A DNA stretch of 64,000 nucleotides from Nitrospirota bacterium (GTDB lineage Bacteria > Nitrospirota > UBA9217). The position numbers and the translations under genes are program-made. A model generated the notes under the pieces. That model was given only the letters and a program-made list of their open reading frames with translations. It had not been told where the DNA came from and did not search any database. Where the stretch lies: contig CAWCKW010000012.1 of the NCBI GenBank assembly GCA_963796285.1, positions 1,024,001-1,088,000 of the forward strand. Direction: 5' to 3'. Numbering within the stretch: the stretch's first letter is position 1; every line of letters begins with the position of its first letter. Below, piece after piece: positions 1 through 10,999 of the stretch.

Positions 1-2006
1 TTTCACAACTCCCCGATGTCGATCGGATCAGGAAAAGTCCCTGGAGCCGCTCCGTGGTGGAATCGATCACGCTTAGTCTTCGGAATGAGGCGCTGATCGC
101 CATCCGCGTGCTCGACAAGAACGGGATCCTGCTCTACGACAGTTCGTCTCCTGGGATAGAGACGCAGGATTTTTCAAAAACCGACTATTTTCAAAAGGCC
201 CGGCTGCTGCCCAACAACGAGAAACTCATCACGGACCTGCTCGAGTCCTCGCATGAACGCCCGGAAACAAAAGAGTTCATCATTGCAGCACCCATTTACC
301 AGTCCCGGAAGGGCCGACCGTCCCCTGAATTCGCCGGCGTCGCGCTGGCAATTCTCTCGATTGACGGGATTACCCGGAAATATCTCTCGCCGATCAGGTC
401 CGGCATGCGCGGTTACGCATGGATGATGGACAGCGACGGCACCCTGCTCTACCATCCCAATCAGCCCCGGATGGTAGGCAAGAACCTTTACCAGACCGAC
501 AAGACGTGCTTCCAATGCCATAAATCGTTCGATACTGAAAAGAAGATGATCGAAGGGAAGTCCGAGACTTTCGGATCATACGAGGCGCCGGGAGGCGAGA
601 ACAAGCTCGCGGCGTATTACAAATTCCCGATCGTGAGAAAATCCTGGATCGTGGTCGTCTCGGCGCCCTACTCCGATGTTATCGCATTGATGGGCAAGAG
701 CAGGCGTTTTTATGCTCTGTTGATCCTGTCGATCTTCATCACCACGCTGGTTGTTTCAGCTGTAATGGTCGTCAACTACAAAAGGCAGATCAAGGCTGAG
801 GAAAAAGCCAAGCATCTCGAAAACCAGCGTCGATTGGAACGCGAGATAGAGATCCAGAAGGACTATCTGGAAAATATCATTGAGAATACGAAAACGAACC
901 TCATGGTCATCGACAAGGACCTCGGGGTCAGAACGTTGAATACCGCGCAGGCGCAGACGCTCGGCCGGCCCAAGAAGGACTTTCTCGGCAAGAATTTTTT
1001 CGACGCTGTTCCCTGACAGGCTGACTCCGTATGAGGGGATCCCGATCGAGGCCATCCTGCACAAAACGCTCGACGGCAGCAGCTTTCGAGATCAAAGACT
1101 ACCGGCTCACCGGACTTCGTGAGACCCCGCTGTATCTGACAATGAACATCAATCCGCTCCTCATCGACGGCAAAACCCCGGGAATCCTCATCACGAGCAC
1201 TGACGTTACCAAACGCGTGGAGCTTGAGGATGCGCTTAAGCAATACACGGTTGAGCTGGAGGACAAGGTCGACAAAGGGACCGCCACGGCGCAGAAACTT
1301 GAGCAGCAGGTCATGCATTCCGAGAAACTGGCCGCGCTCGGCCGGCTTTCCGCCGGTATCGCCCATGAGATCGGCAATCCACTCACCTCGATCTCGACGT
1401 TCGCCCAACTGCTCCGTGAAATGACCACGGATGAATTCACGCAGAACAGCCTCGACATCATCAATAAACACATCCAGCGGATCACCGATATCGTGCGGAA
1501 GATGTCCACCTTTGCGCGAGCAGACTCTCTCAACATACAGTACGTGCAGCTGAACGATGTCCTGCAGTCAACGCTCGACCTCATGCGTCTCGACAAGCGG
1601 ATGAAGAACACGATCGAGATCCTTGTTTCCTTTGATCCCGATCTCCCCAAGACCATGATCGACGAAGGGCAGATGTCCCAGGTTTTCATCAACATCATCC
1701 TGAATGCGCTGGATGCGATGCCCGATGGAGGAAGCCTGAGCATAACGACGAGACAGGACCGTGGTGATTCTGGGAAAGATTTCATCCGTGATCGAGTTCG
1801 CCGATACCGGGATCGGGATCGCCAAACAGGAGTTCGAAAAGATCTTCGATCCATTTTACACGACCAAGGAAGTGGGAAAGGGAACCGGTCTCGGCCTTTC
1901 CTTGAGCTACAATATCATCAAACGGTTCAACGGCGAAATCAAGGTAGAAAGTGAAAATGGCAAAGGAACGATATTCACCATCATCCTTCCGGTAGAAAAA
2001 GAATAA
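1..2006 (+). CDS. Sensor histidine kinase (Cache domain with CxxCH, TM, PAS, HisKA, HATPase); 5'-truncated, two apparent frameshifts (~1010, ~1780)
   Basis: ORFs 54-1016, 1031-1954 and 1761-2006 join up: GYAWMMDSDGTLLYHP (Cache), CFQCH, TM helix, AHEIGNPL H-box, NIILNALDAM N-box, DTGIGI, FDPFYTTKEVGKGTGLGL. Confidence 0.9.
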
Positions 2007-2020
2007 GGGAGACCATTGTT

Positions 2021-3380
2021 ATGCAAAAAGCCAGCATTCTGATCGTTGATGATGAAAAAGACATCTGCATGGCACTCAACATTCTTCTGAGCAAAGAGGG
2101 CTATGCCGTAAAGGAAGCCTATAACGGTGAACAGGCCCTTGAGATGCATCAAGAAGGAGAATTTTGACATTGTCATGACCGACATCAAGATGGATAAGAT
2201 GGACGGATTCGAGGTTCTCAAGGAGGCCCAGAAGCTCAGTCCGGAGACATCGGTGGTCATGATGACGGCATTTGCCTCGGTCGGATCCGCTGTCGAGGCG
2301 ATGCGGTCAGGAGCCTCTGACTACATCACCAAACCGTTCATCAATGATGAGATCCGGCTGACCATCAGAAGGATCCTCCAGAGCAGAGAGCTCCAGATGG
2401 AGAACCAGATCCTGCGCCAGGAGCTGAGCCAGCGTCAGACAGCGTTCACGAATATCATCGGAAGCTCCGAGTCCATGCAAAAAGTATTCAGCGTCATGGA
2501 AAAGGTCATCCCGAACAAGAGCAATATTCTGATCACCGGTGAAAGCGGGACGGGCAAGGGACTCGTTGCTCAGGCGATCCACGAAGCAGGCCCGCGCAAA
2601 GACAAGCCATTTATCGCCATCAACTGCGGGGCCATCCCGGAGAACCTGCTCGAAAGCGAGCTCTTCGGCCACAAAAAAGGCGCCTTTACGTCGGCCAACG
2701 AGGACAAGAAAGGCCTCATCACCATGGCGCATACCGGCACCCTGTTCCTGGATGAGATCGGTGAACTGCCGCAGGCGCTCCAGGTCAAGCTGCTCCATGT
2801 GATCCAGACCAGGGAACTCACCCCGGTTGGCGACACGCGGGTCATCACCGTGGACGTCAGGATCATCGCAGCCACGAATGCCGATCTTATGCAGCGCGTT
2901 AAGGAAGGGCGTTTCCGGGAAGACCTCTACTATCGCTTGAACGTAATCGAGATCCATATGCCGTCGCTGCGCGAACGGCGAGATGACATCCCGGTGCTCA
3001 TCAAGCATTTCATGCAGGTCTTCGCGAAGGAAGCGGGAAAAAGCATCAAAGACATCGACTACGAGGCCATGCAGGCCCTCCTCGCCTATGAGTGGCCAGG
3101 CAATATTCGGGAGCTAAGAAACACGATCGAGCGGGCCACGGTTCTTGCCGACGGGGAAGTGATCACCATGCACGACCTGACTGACAAGTTCAGGACCCTC
3201 GACATTGAAGGGATTTCGACCTCATCCCTTCGCCAGGCATTGGATACGTTCGAACGAGACTATATCCGGCGGAGCTTAACGGAAAGCAAGGGGAACAAGG
3301 AAATGGCGGCGGGTAAACTCGGGGTCGATCTTGCTACGCTGTATCGCAAGCTGAAAAAACTCAGGATAGAAGCAGCGTAA
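2021..3380 (+). CDS. Sigma-54-dependent response regulator (NtrC family); frameshift ~2140
   Basis: ATG at 2021 gives MQKASILIVDDE (receiver); ORF 2127-3380 has GESGTGK, GAFTSA, LFLDEIGE and a C-terminal Fis-type HTH. Confidence 0.93.
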
Positions 3381-3420
3381 ACACAAACTTCAAATTTCAC
3401 AAAATCATACATACCATTTG

Positions 3421-3678
3421 TTAAACAGTGCAATTGGAATTTTGAGCTTTTCGTTTCATGTAGTCCCGTCCTGAGAATTCCATTCCCTCATCCGGAGCAC
3501 GTTCCACGGCCCCTTTCAGCTTTATCGAGTTCACGCTGGATGCCGGTAGAGCAATCCACTGCATCAGGCCCTTCAGATGCACTTCAACATCCGAAACCTC
3601 GATCAGCACCCCGACATATTGAATGCCATTTGCAACAACTTCAACCTCTTTCCCGATCATGCTCTGAATGTCCGTCAT
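3421..3678 (-). CDS. Small hypothetical protein, possibly Sm/LSm-like beta-barrel
   Basis: AAGGAGG RBS upstream; MIGKEVEVVANGIQYVGVLIEVSDVEVHL resembles an Sm1-type motif. Confidence 0.6.
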   Translation of the reverse strand: MTDIQSMIGKEVEVVANGIQYVGVLIEVSDVEVHLKGLMQWIALPASSVNSIKLKGAVERAPDEGMEFSGRDYMKRKAQNSNCTV

Positions 3679-3764
3679 ATTGCCTCCTTTGTGAATGAGA
3701 GAAGGTGAGAAATAGGCTTGCTTATCTTTTTTACCTTCTTACCCTCTTACCTTCGCATCTTCTC

Positions 3765-3990
3765 TTAAATCTCGAGTTTCCCCCAGTTTTCTATCCTGTA
3801 CCTCCAGAGCAAAAAGAACATTCGAACGGCCCAGTCCAGGACCATCACCGACCACACATAACGGATGTCGGCTTTCACGATCACGGCAAGCAGCGCCGCG
3901 ATCGACGCGCATGGTCCAACCTGCCCGCGCCAAGGTTTTGTCCCACCATGGTCGCTTCCGCAACGGCGCTGCCGTAACCTGGCATGAATA
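3765..3990 (-). pseudogene. Remnant of a MATE-family efflux transporter (two C-terminal fragments joined by an internal deletion)
   Basis: Minus strand reads FMPGYGSAVAEATMVGQNLGAGRLDHARRS, then in another frame ...YVWSVMVLDWAVRMFFLLWRYRIENWGKLEI*; both are MATE-like segments. Confidence 0.75.
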
Positions 3991-3991
3991 T

Positions 3992-4988
3992 TCAACAGAT
4001 CCTCGGCAACAGCTCGCCTGGCAACATATCAATAATTCGGCTGCCACCAATGGAAGTCTCGAGCAGCACCATGCCTGACGGCGCTTCGATCACGTCACCA
4101 ATGATCGCGGCTCTTCGGCCAAAGGGATGTTTTTTCATGGCAGCGACCAGGGCATCGGCGTTCAGACTATCCAGAATAGCAATAAGAATCCCTTCATTCG
4201 CGACATAGAGCGGGTCGAGCCCAAGGAGTCCGCAGGCACCCTTGACCTGCGGCGGTATAGGTAGAGCATCCTCCCTGATCTTGATGCACAAGGATGATTC
4301 CAAAGCAGCTTCTTTCAGCGTCGTAGCAAGGCCTCCCCGCGTCGGGTCTCGCATAAAATGGATATCCTTCGCACTGGCAAGCATCTTCCGGACCAGATCA
4401 TTAAGCGGGCGGGAATCCGTTTGCACAGGAGGATCGAACGTGAGGCCGTTCCGCTCGGCTATGATCGCAACGCCATGGTTGCCGATCTCGCCGCTGATGA
4501 TGACCTTGTCCCCTGCCTTGATCCTTGATGCAGCGATGTCTGTCCCCTCATGGAGAACGCCCAGACCGGAGGTGTTGATAAAGATGCCGTCTGCTTTGCC
4601 TTTGTTCACGACCTTGGTGTCTCCTGCGACGATCCGCACCTGTGCCTGTTTCGCAGCCGCAGCCATGGACGCGACGATCTTTTTGAGATCGGCAAGAGGG
4701 AACCCTTCTTCGATGATGAATCCCGCTGTAAGGAAGAGCGGTTCGGCACCTGCGACAGCGAGATCGTTCACTGTGCCGCACACAGCAAGGTCGCCGATAT
4801 TGCCTCCGGGAAAGAAAAGCGGCGTGACCACGTAGGAATCGGTGGTATACGCGAGCCGTCATCGACGGTACGCTCACGACAGCGGAATCGCCTGTGCCTT
4901 CTATGCCGAAAGCCGGGCTGAAGTGCTCACGGATCAGCTGGTGCATCATTTTGCCGCCGCTGCCATGTCCAAGAAGAATTCTATCCAT
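3992..4988 (-). CDS. hypE: Hydrogenase maturation protein HypE; frameshift ~4850
   Basis: MDRILLGHGSGG, GDLAVCGTVNDLA, GDTKVV, MRDPTRGG, C-terminal PRIC. Confidence 0.95.
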
Positions 4989-5090
4989 ATTTTTTCCGCT
5001 TTCATCTGAGAATCGCCCTTCACTTTTATCCTATCTTGCAAGGTGAGAGGGTATAGCGAGATGCAATTCAGTAATTATTTTAAATGCGTT

Positions 5091-6152
5091 CTATGAGCGC
5101 TCTCCGTATTTATAATACGCCGCGCAACTGCCTTCGGTGCTGACCATGCACGGACCCACCGGACTATCCGGTGTGCACCCGGTGCCGAAAAGCGGGCATT
5201 CGGTCGGGATTTTCACGCCCCGCAGGATATCGCCGCAGGAGCAGAGCTCCGGCTCGGGCTCGTCCGAAACTTCCGGCTTAAATCGAGTTACGGCATCAAA
5301 GGCCGCATAGTCTTCCCGAAGCTTCAGCCCGCTGCCCGGAAGAACACCGATCCCACGCCAGTAGGCATCTGTCGGCTCAAAAACCTGCTCCAGAAGAGCA
5401 ACGGCCCTGGGGTTCCCCTCTTCCTTTACGATGGTAGTATACTGGATCTCGATCTCAGCCCTTTTTCGGGCTATCTGCCTTACGATCATGAGGATCCCCT
5501 CGATGATCTCCCTGGCTTCGAATCCGGTGATGACCGAGGGGATATGGTATTGTTCCGCCACAAAGACATACGGTTTTTTCCCGATGATGGTGCTTACATG
5601 GCCGGGAAGGATAAAGCCGTCCACTTTGACATCAGGAGAGTCGAGCAGCGCTTTGAGTGCCGGCGGTACAAGCTTATGCGATGAATAGATGGTAAAATTC
5701 GGCACAGCCAAACGCTTGGCCTCATACACCGTGGCCGCGATCAGCGGCGATGTGGTCTCGAAACCCGTGGCAAAAAAGACAACCTGCTTATTGTTGTCTG
5801 CTTGAGCAAGTTTCAATGCATCCATGGGTGAATACATGACCCGTACGTCAGCGCCCTCGGAACGCGCTTCCATCAGAGACTGTTTCCCACCGGGCACGCG
5901 CATCATGTCTCCGAAGGTCACGAGGATCACGTCGGACCGCTTGGCGATCGCGATCGCCATATCAACATCGTGTATTGACGTTACGCACACCGGGCACCCG
6001 GGCCCGCTCAAGAGGGTGATGGTTTTCGGGATCACGCTGCGTATCCCATGCCTGAAGATCTCGACAGTATGCGTGCCGCAGACCTCCATGAGCTTGATCG
6101 GTCTGTTGAGCCCGTCCATGAGCATCTTCAATTCAGCAAGCATTTCCTTCAT
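5091..6152 (-). CDS. hypD: Hydrogenase maturation protein HypD
   Basis: MEVCGTHT, GPGCPVC, GFETT, PGHVS, GPCMVSTEGSCAAYY. Confidence 0.97.
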   Translation of the reverse strand: MKEMLAELKMLMDGLNRPIKLMEVCGTHTVEIFRHGIRSVIPKTITLLSGPGCPVCVTSIHDVDMAIAIAKRSDVILVTFGDMMRVPGGKQSLMEARSEGADVRVMYSPMDALKLAQADNNKQVVFFATGFETTSPLIAATVYEAKRLAVPNFTIYSSHKLVPPALKALLDSPDVKVDGFILPGHVSTIIGKKPYVFVAEQYHIPSVITGFEAREIIEGILMIVRQIARKRAEIEIQYTTIVKEEGNPRAVALLEQVFEPTDAYWRGIGVLPGSGLKLREDYAAFDAVTRFKPEVSDEPEPELCSCGDILRGVKIPTECPLFGTGCTPDSPVGPCMVSTEGSCAAYYKYGERS

Positions 6153-8546
6153 ATTCTGCTCTCCGCATGCCGCAGTCTTTGCCTGACCAGATACGCCTGT
6201 CCAAGAGAGATACAAGCGTCATTACAAGGTACGTTCTCGTTCGTATACACCTTCATGCCCTCCTGGGAAAGCATGCTGATCGTTCGGCGCAAAAGATAGA
6301 GATTTTGAAAGGTGCCGCCGCTCAGCGCCACATCCAAGATCCCCTGAGAGTCTCTCACCCGAAGCACCATGGTCCGGATAATAGACGTTATGGTATTATG
6401 GAACTTCGTTGATATTTTTTGCTTTGGAATCTTTCTGCTCATGTCGCGCACAATGCCGTTTATGGTCGCGGATAAATCGATGACAGTATAGCTGTTTTCC
6501 CGTTTCAACTCAACCACGTACTGATCATCTATTCCGTCAAGGGTCAATGATTCCAAGACCATTGCCGCCTCACCTTCAAACGTGTTTTTATCGCAAACCC
6601 CGATCAGTGCTGAGACTGCATCGAACAATCTTCCAACGCCTGACGAAAGGGGTGATAATTCCCGGGCTCTCGCGATGATCATCAGCTGTTCTAGTTGCTG
6701 TTCACCGTATTTCTTTATAAATCCGAGGTTTTCCAATACCTCTCGTGCGCCTGTTCCGAAGACCTCGACAATGCAGCTGACTGCTGTTTTCCATGGTTCC
6801 CGGATCGCTGCCTCTCCTCCGGGTAATGGAATATATTTGAACTGGCCAAGTCGTTCGAAACCGCCAACATCTGCGACCATAAATTCCCCGCCCCAGAGGT
6901 TGCCGTCAGTACCGTATCCGGTCCCGTCAAACGCGACGCCGATGACCTTATTGATCAGACCATGCTCGGCCATAACAGACCCGATATGAGCATAGTGGTG
7001 CTGGATGGGGAATAGCATCGGTTCGGCATTTCCTTCATCCTGCCCCCGGTCCCTTGTCCCCAATTCCTTCGCCCATCTCGTCGAGAGATATCCCGGATGC
7101 AGGTCATGAGCAATGGCGACAGGATGTACTCGGTAGACTGATGTTAAATTTGAGAGAACCTCTTCAAAAAATTTCACGGTTTCATAGTTTTCCATGTCGC
7201 CGATATGCTGGCTTGGAATAGCAAATCTTCCCTTGGTCAGCGTAAACGTGTTCTTCAGGTCCGCGCCAACCCCAAGGACTTCAGGTCCATCGTCGCGGAG
7301 CGCGATCGGCCCGGGTGCGTATCCGCGGGAACGACGGATGAAACTCAGCGCGGAGTTCTGAGTTTTAGAGCCTGAACTGTTTGCATATCGTCTGCGTACC
7401 ACCGAGTCATCCACCCGCATAAAGATGTCCCTATCATGGAGCAGGAATGCCATCGGCCATCCCCGAAAGCTTCTTGACGGCCTCATCGTTGTCCCGCACG
7501 ATCGGCTCCTCGGAGAGATTGCCGCTTGTCATGACAAGTGCTTTAAAAATGGACTCTGCGCCGGAATTATCCGATAGGTTCGGATAGGTGAATAACAGAT
7601 GGTGAAGCGGCGTATAGGGCAGCATGACGCCCACATAACGGTTGTTCGGAGAAACCGCTTCGGAGAGATAAGCGCCTTCTTTCTTTTGCAAAAGGACCAC
7701 CGGCCTCCGATTCGATCTGAGCAGATCTTTTTCTTCCGATGAAATCGTGCAGAATCGATTAATGTCATCGATTGACAGCGACATCAGCGCAAAAGGTTTG
7801 TTGCTCTTGCGTTTGCGCTCACGTAATCTCCGGACCGCCGCATCATTGGCCGCATCGCAGGCAAGGTGAAATCCTCCCAGACCTTTGATCGCCACGATCC
7901 CACCCTGTTTAAGCAAAGAGATCGCCCTCTGAATAGAACTTTCTTTTTCATTTAGACTGAACGCTGAACTCTGAGCTCTGAACTCGACCTGCGGTCCGCA
8001 CACAGGACAGGCATTCGGCTGTGCGTGAAATCTGCGGTCGAGGGGATCGTGGTATTCCCTGAGACAATCAGGGCAAAAAGTAAAATCGGCCATGGTTGTG
8101 TTCGGCCGATCATAGGGAACGGATTTCGTTATGGAATATCGGGGACCACAGTTCGTGCAGTTGATGAACGGGTACAAGTAGCGACGATCGCCGGGATCGA
8201 GCAATTCGCGCAAACAATCATCGCATATCGAAACATCAGGCGAGACAAGCGTGAACGGCCGGCCTATTGCATCGTCAGCGCTTGCGCGGATCGAAAAATC
8301 GGGGTAACCATACACGGGAAGTGCGGTGCTTGAAATTTCGGTGATATCGGACAGGGGCGGCGCTTCGGTGCGAAGGCGGCGAGCAAATTCGGAAATGTCA
8401 GTTCCTTCCACTTCAATGAGAACACCGTCGCTCGTATTCGTTACATAGCCTGTAACGCGCAGGCCGGTGGCAAGCTTATACACAAAGGGCCTGAATCCAA
8501 CGCCCTGCACCACACCCCTTACTATGATCTGAGCCCGTTCAACCAT
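6149..8546 (-). CDS. hypF: Carbamoyltransferase HypF; frameshift ~7440
   Basis: GVVQGVGFRPFV acylphosphatase domain, two CxxC zinc fingers, KGLGGFHLACDA, HDLHPGY, QHHYAH, FDGTGYG. Confidence 0.95.
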
Positions 8547-9166
8547 TGAGTCCATGCTTCGATTCCTGCGCCGGTCGTGCACGAGACCTCGAATATCTTC
8601 AACTTTGGATTAAGCGCCAGGGAGTCATTCCGGACCTTGTTCATATCCGTATTCATGTAAGGCAGGAGATCGATCTTGTTCAGGACCAGAGCGGAAGACT
8701 CGCGAAACATGAGCGGGTACTTGAGCGGCTTATCATGACCTTCAGCAACGGACAGGACCATTATTTTCATGTCCTCTCCAACCATGAATTCGGCCGGACA
8801 AACGAGGTTCCCGACATTTTCGATGATCAGCAAGTCCAGGCCCTTAAGGGGAAGCTCTGACAGCACTTCACTTATCATATTTGCATCGAGATGACAAGCC
8901 CCGCCGGTGTTGATCTGGACAACCGGCACACCAAGAGCGCTGATCCGTTCAGCATCATCGCTCCCGACGATGTCGCCTTCGATCACGCCGATCTTCAAAT
9001 GCGGTTTAAGCGCCGAAATCGTCCTCTCAAGGAGCGTTGTCTTGCCTGCCCCCGGAGCGCCCATCAGGTTGACGACATAAACACCAGCCTCCTTAAAGCG
9101 TTTCCGGTTTTCTTCGGCAATACGGTCATTGGCTTCCAGGATGCGGGTGACGACCTTCACTTTCAT
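8522..9166 (-). CDS. hypB: Hydrogenase nickel incorporation GTPase HypB
   Basis: GAPGAGKT, TGGACHLDA, ENVGNLVCPA, NKIDL. Confidence 0.97.
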   Translation of the reverse strand: MKVKVVTRILEANDRIAEENRKRFKEAGVYVVNLMGAPGAGKTTLLERTISALKPHLKIGVIEGDIVGSDDAERISALGVPVVQINTGGACHLDANMISEVLSELPLKGLDLLIIENVGNLVCPAEFMVGEDMKIMVLSVAEGHDKPLKYPLMFRESSALVLNKIDLLPYMNTDMNKVRNDSLALNPKLKIFEVSCTTGAGIEAWTQWLNGLRS

Positions 9167-9514
9167 CAGTTGATCTCCATATCGACGATCTCCATCTCGC
9201 GGCCGGTTTTTAATTCAATGAACTTCGAGTTGCACAGAGGGCATGAAAAAACATACTGGACATCCTGGACCGTGAATTCTTTTTTGCAATCGCTGCAGAG
9301 ACCGGAGACAGGAACCCGCTCGATGACCAGTTCCGCGTGCTCCGCCACGGACAGAGCCTTGGCGGCGTCGAAAGCAAAGCTCAGCGCTTCTGGCATGACC
9401 CCGGCGGCCATGCCGATCCTGAGCCGGACCGTGTCAACACGTATGACCACCGGCCTCACGGCATTTTTCAACGACAATATCAAGGATGCTCAAGGCAAGC
9501 GAGGTTTCGTGCAT
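9166..9514 (-). CDS. hypA: Hydrogenase nickel chaperone HypA; frameshift ~9440
   Basis: MHETSLA N-terminus; CSDC and CPLC zinc sites; GREMEIVDMEI. Confidence 0.9.
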
Positions 9515-9706
9515 GGATTTTCCTGACTCGACGATATCCTTGTCAACCATCTGGATGGCAAAACCCGCATGGACAAGGACATAGTCTCCTAATTGAGGTA
9601 CGACAGGCAGAAGCATCAGATTCACTTCTTTACGCGCGCCGAATACATCGATGATCGCAGACATATTATCGATGCTGATTATTCTCGAAGGGATTGCAAG
9701 ACACAT
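9515..9706 (-). CDS. hypC: Hydrogenase chaperone HypC, reading in frame into hypA with no stop codon
   Basis: MCLAIP N-terminus and GDYVLVHAGFAI. Confidence 0.9.
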
Positions 9707-9829
9707 TGGACATTCCGATCACAAAGCAGTCAATTGCGTGGGATACTCAGTATGCGTACTTTATCGCACATCTGACGTGCGCTGTCAAGCACTGGATATG
9801 CCCCTGGTTAGGCTTGCACCCGTCCAAGG

Positions 9830-10339
9830 TCATTGCATTGCGCTGATCTTGTCCAATTCCTCAAAAATAAGCTCTTGGACCCGTGGGATCACAGCCGCGA
9901 GCTCATCACTCAGTTCCATGGACCATGAGGACACATCCTTGGGCTGCACACCGATGATAACGGTCTTTGGCTTCGTTCCCGTCAGCGCTGCCATGTGGAG
10001 GACATCTATCAGGCTGATCTGGTGCAGGGATGCCTTCTGCTCAACCGGGAATTTCATATCATCGGGGGAAAAGCGGAATAGCGATCCGGGAATGTCGCCG
10101 GCTTCGACGACATCGATGACGATAAGGTGATCGATCTCATGCAGCATGGGGATCAGTTGGTGGCTCACCGTCCCGGCCTCGAGAAGCTCAACATTGCCGG
10201 GCAATGCAGTGTCTTTCAGGGAATTGATAAGATGGACACCGAAACCATCGTCCCTGAGAAGCAGATTGCCAACACCGAGAATGAGAATTTTTTGGGGAGG
10301 CGTTGTGACGCCTCCCCGGATCTGTTCATCTGAGGTCAT
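9830..10339 (-). CDS. Hydrogenase maturation endopeptidase (HyaD/HybD family)
   Basis: LGVGNLLLRDDGFGVH, SLHQ, IGVQP. Confidence 0.93.
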   Translation of the reverse strand: MTSDEQIRGGVTTPPQKILILGVGNLLLRDDGFGVHLINSLKDTALPGNVELLEAGTVSHQLIPMLHEIDHLIVIDVVEAGDIPGSLFRFSPDDMKFPVEQKASLHQISLIDVLHMAALTGTKPKTVIIGVQPKDVSSWSMELSDELAAVIPRVQELIFEELDKISAMQ

Positions 10340-10351
10340 TTGGAATGCTTT

Positions 10352-10988
10352 TTAAGCTTGTAGCCGGTAAATATGGAAGTGAGGGACTTGTCCTTGTTCA
10401 CCATGCGTGATCACGATGCTCATGTACACGTGGATCAACACAAACACGATAAAGAACCACATGGACAGGATATGCACGAATCCGTGTAGCGGATTCGCCG
10501 CCGAGAAGTTGCTTGTACCCACAGGAAGCTGTTCGGGGCTTTGATAAATCCGAACACGTTGCCGTGGTAGAGCGCCCCGCCGGTCAAGGCGGTAATGATG
10601 ATCACCACCGCGACGCCAGAGGTATGCCAGGGCCTGGAGCGGGTTATACTTCCGGTAATCCTTGTGCGAACCTTTGATAAAGAGGTAATAGCCAAGGATG
10701 TCCGGGATGTTCTTTATGTTCTCGAATGATCCCGAAGTCCTTCCAGTCAGCATCAAACGTGGATTTGAATGCCATGTACACCCTGACCACTAGTCCCAAA
10801 ATGAGCGCATAGGCGGCAACAAAATGGAAAAACCGCATCCATGCCATGATAAAGCTTTCAGGTCCGCCGGCAATGAAGGGCCAGTGGATATAGAGCCCTG
10901 TAAAGGTGAGCACAACAATGGCGATGACCCTGGTCCAGTGTTCGATAATGTAGCCGAGGCTCCATTCTTTTATCAGTCCTTGTGCCAT
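10352..10988 (-). CDS. Ni/Fe-hydrogenase b-type cytochrome subunit; several frameshifts
   Basis: EHW, RFFHF, KYNPLQ, HILSMWFFIVFVLIHVY heme-b His motifs spread across frames. Confidence 0.88.
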
Positions 10989-10999
10989 AGTGTCCTCCC

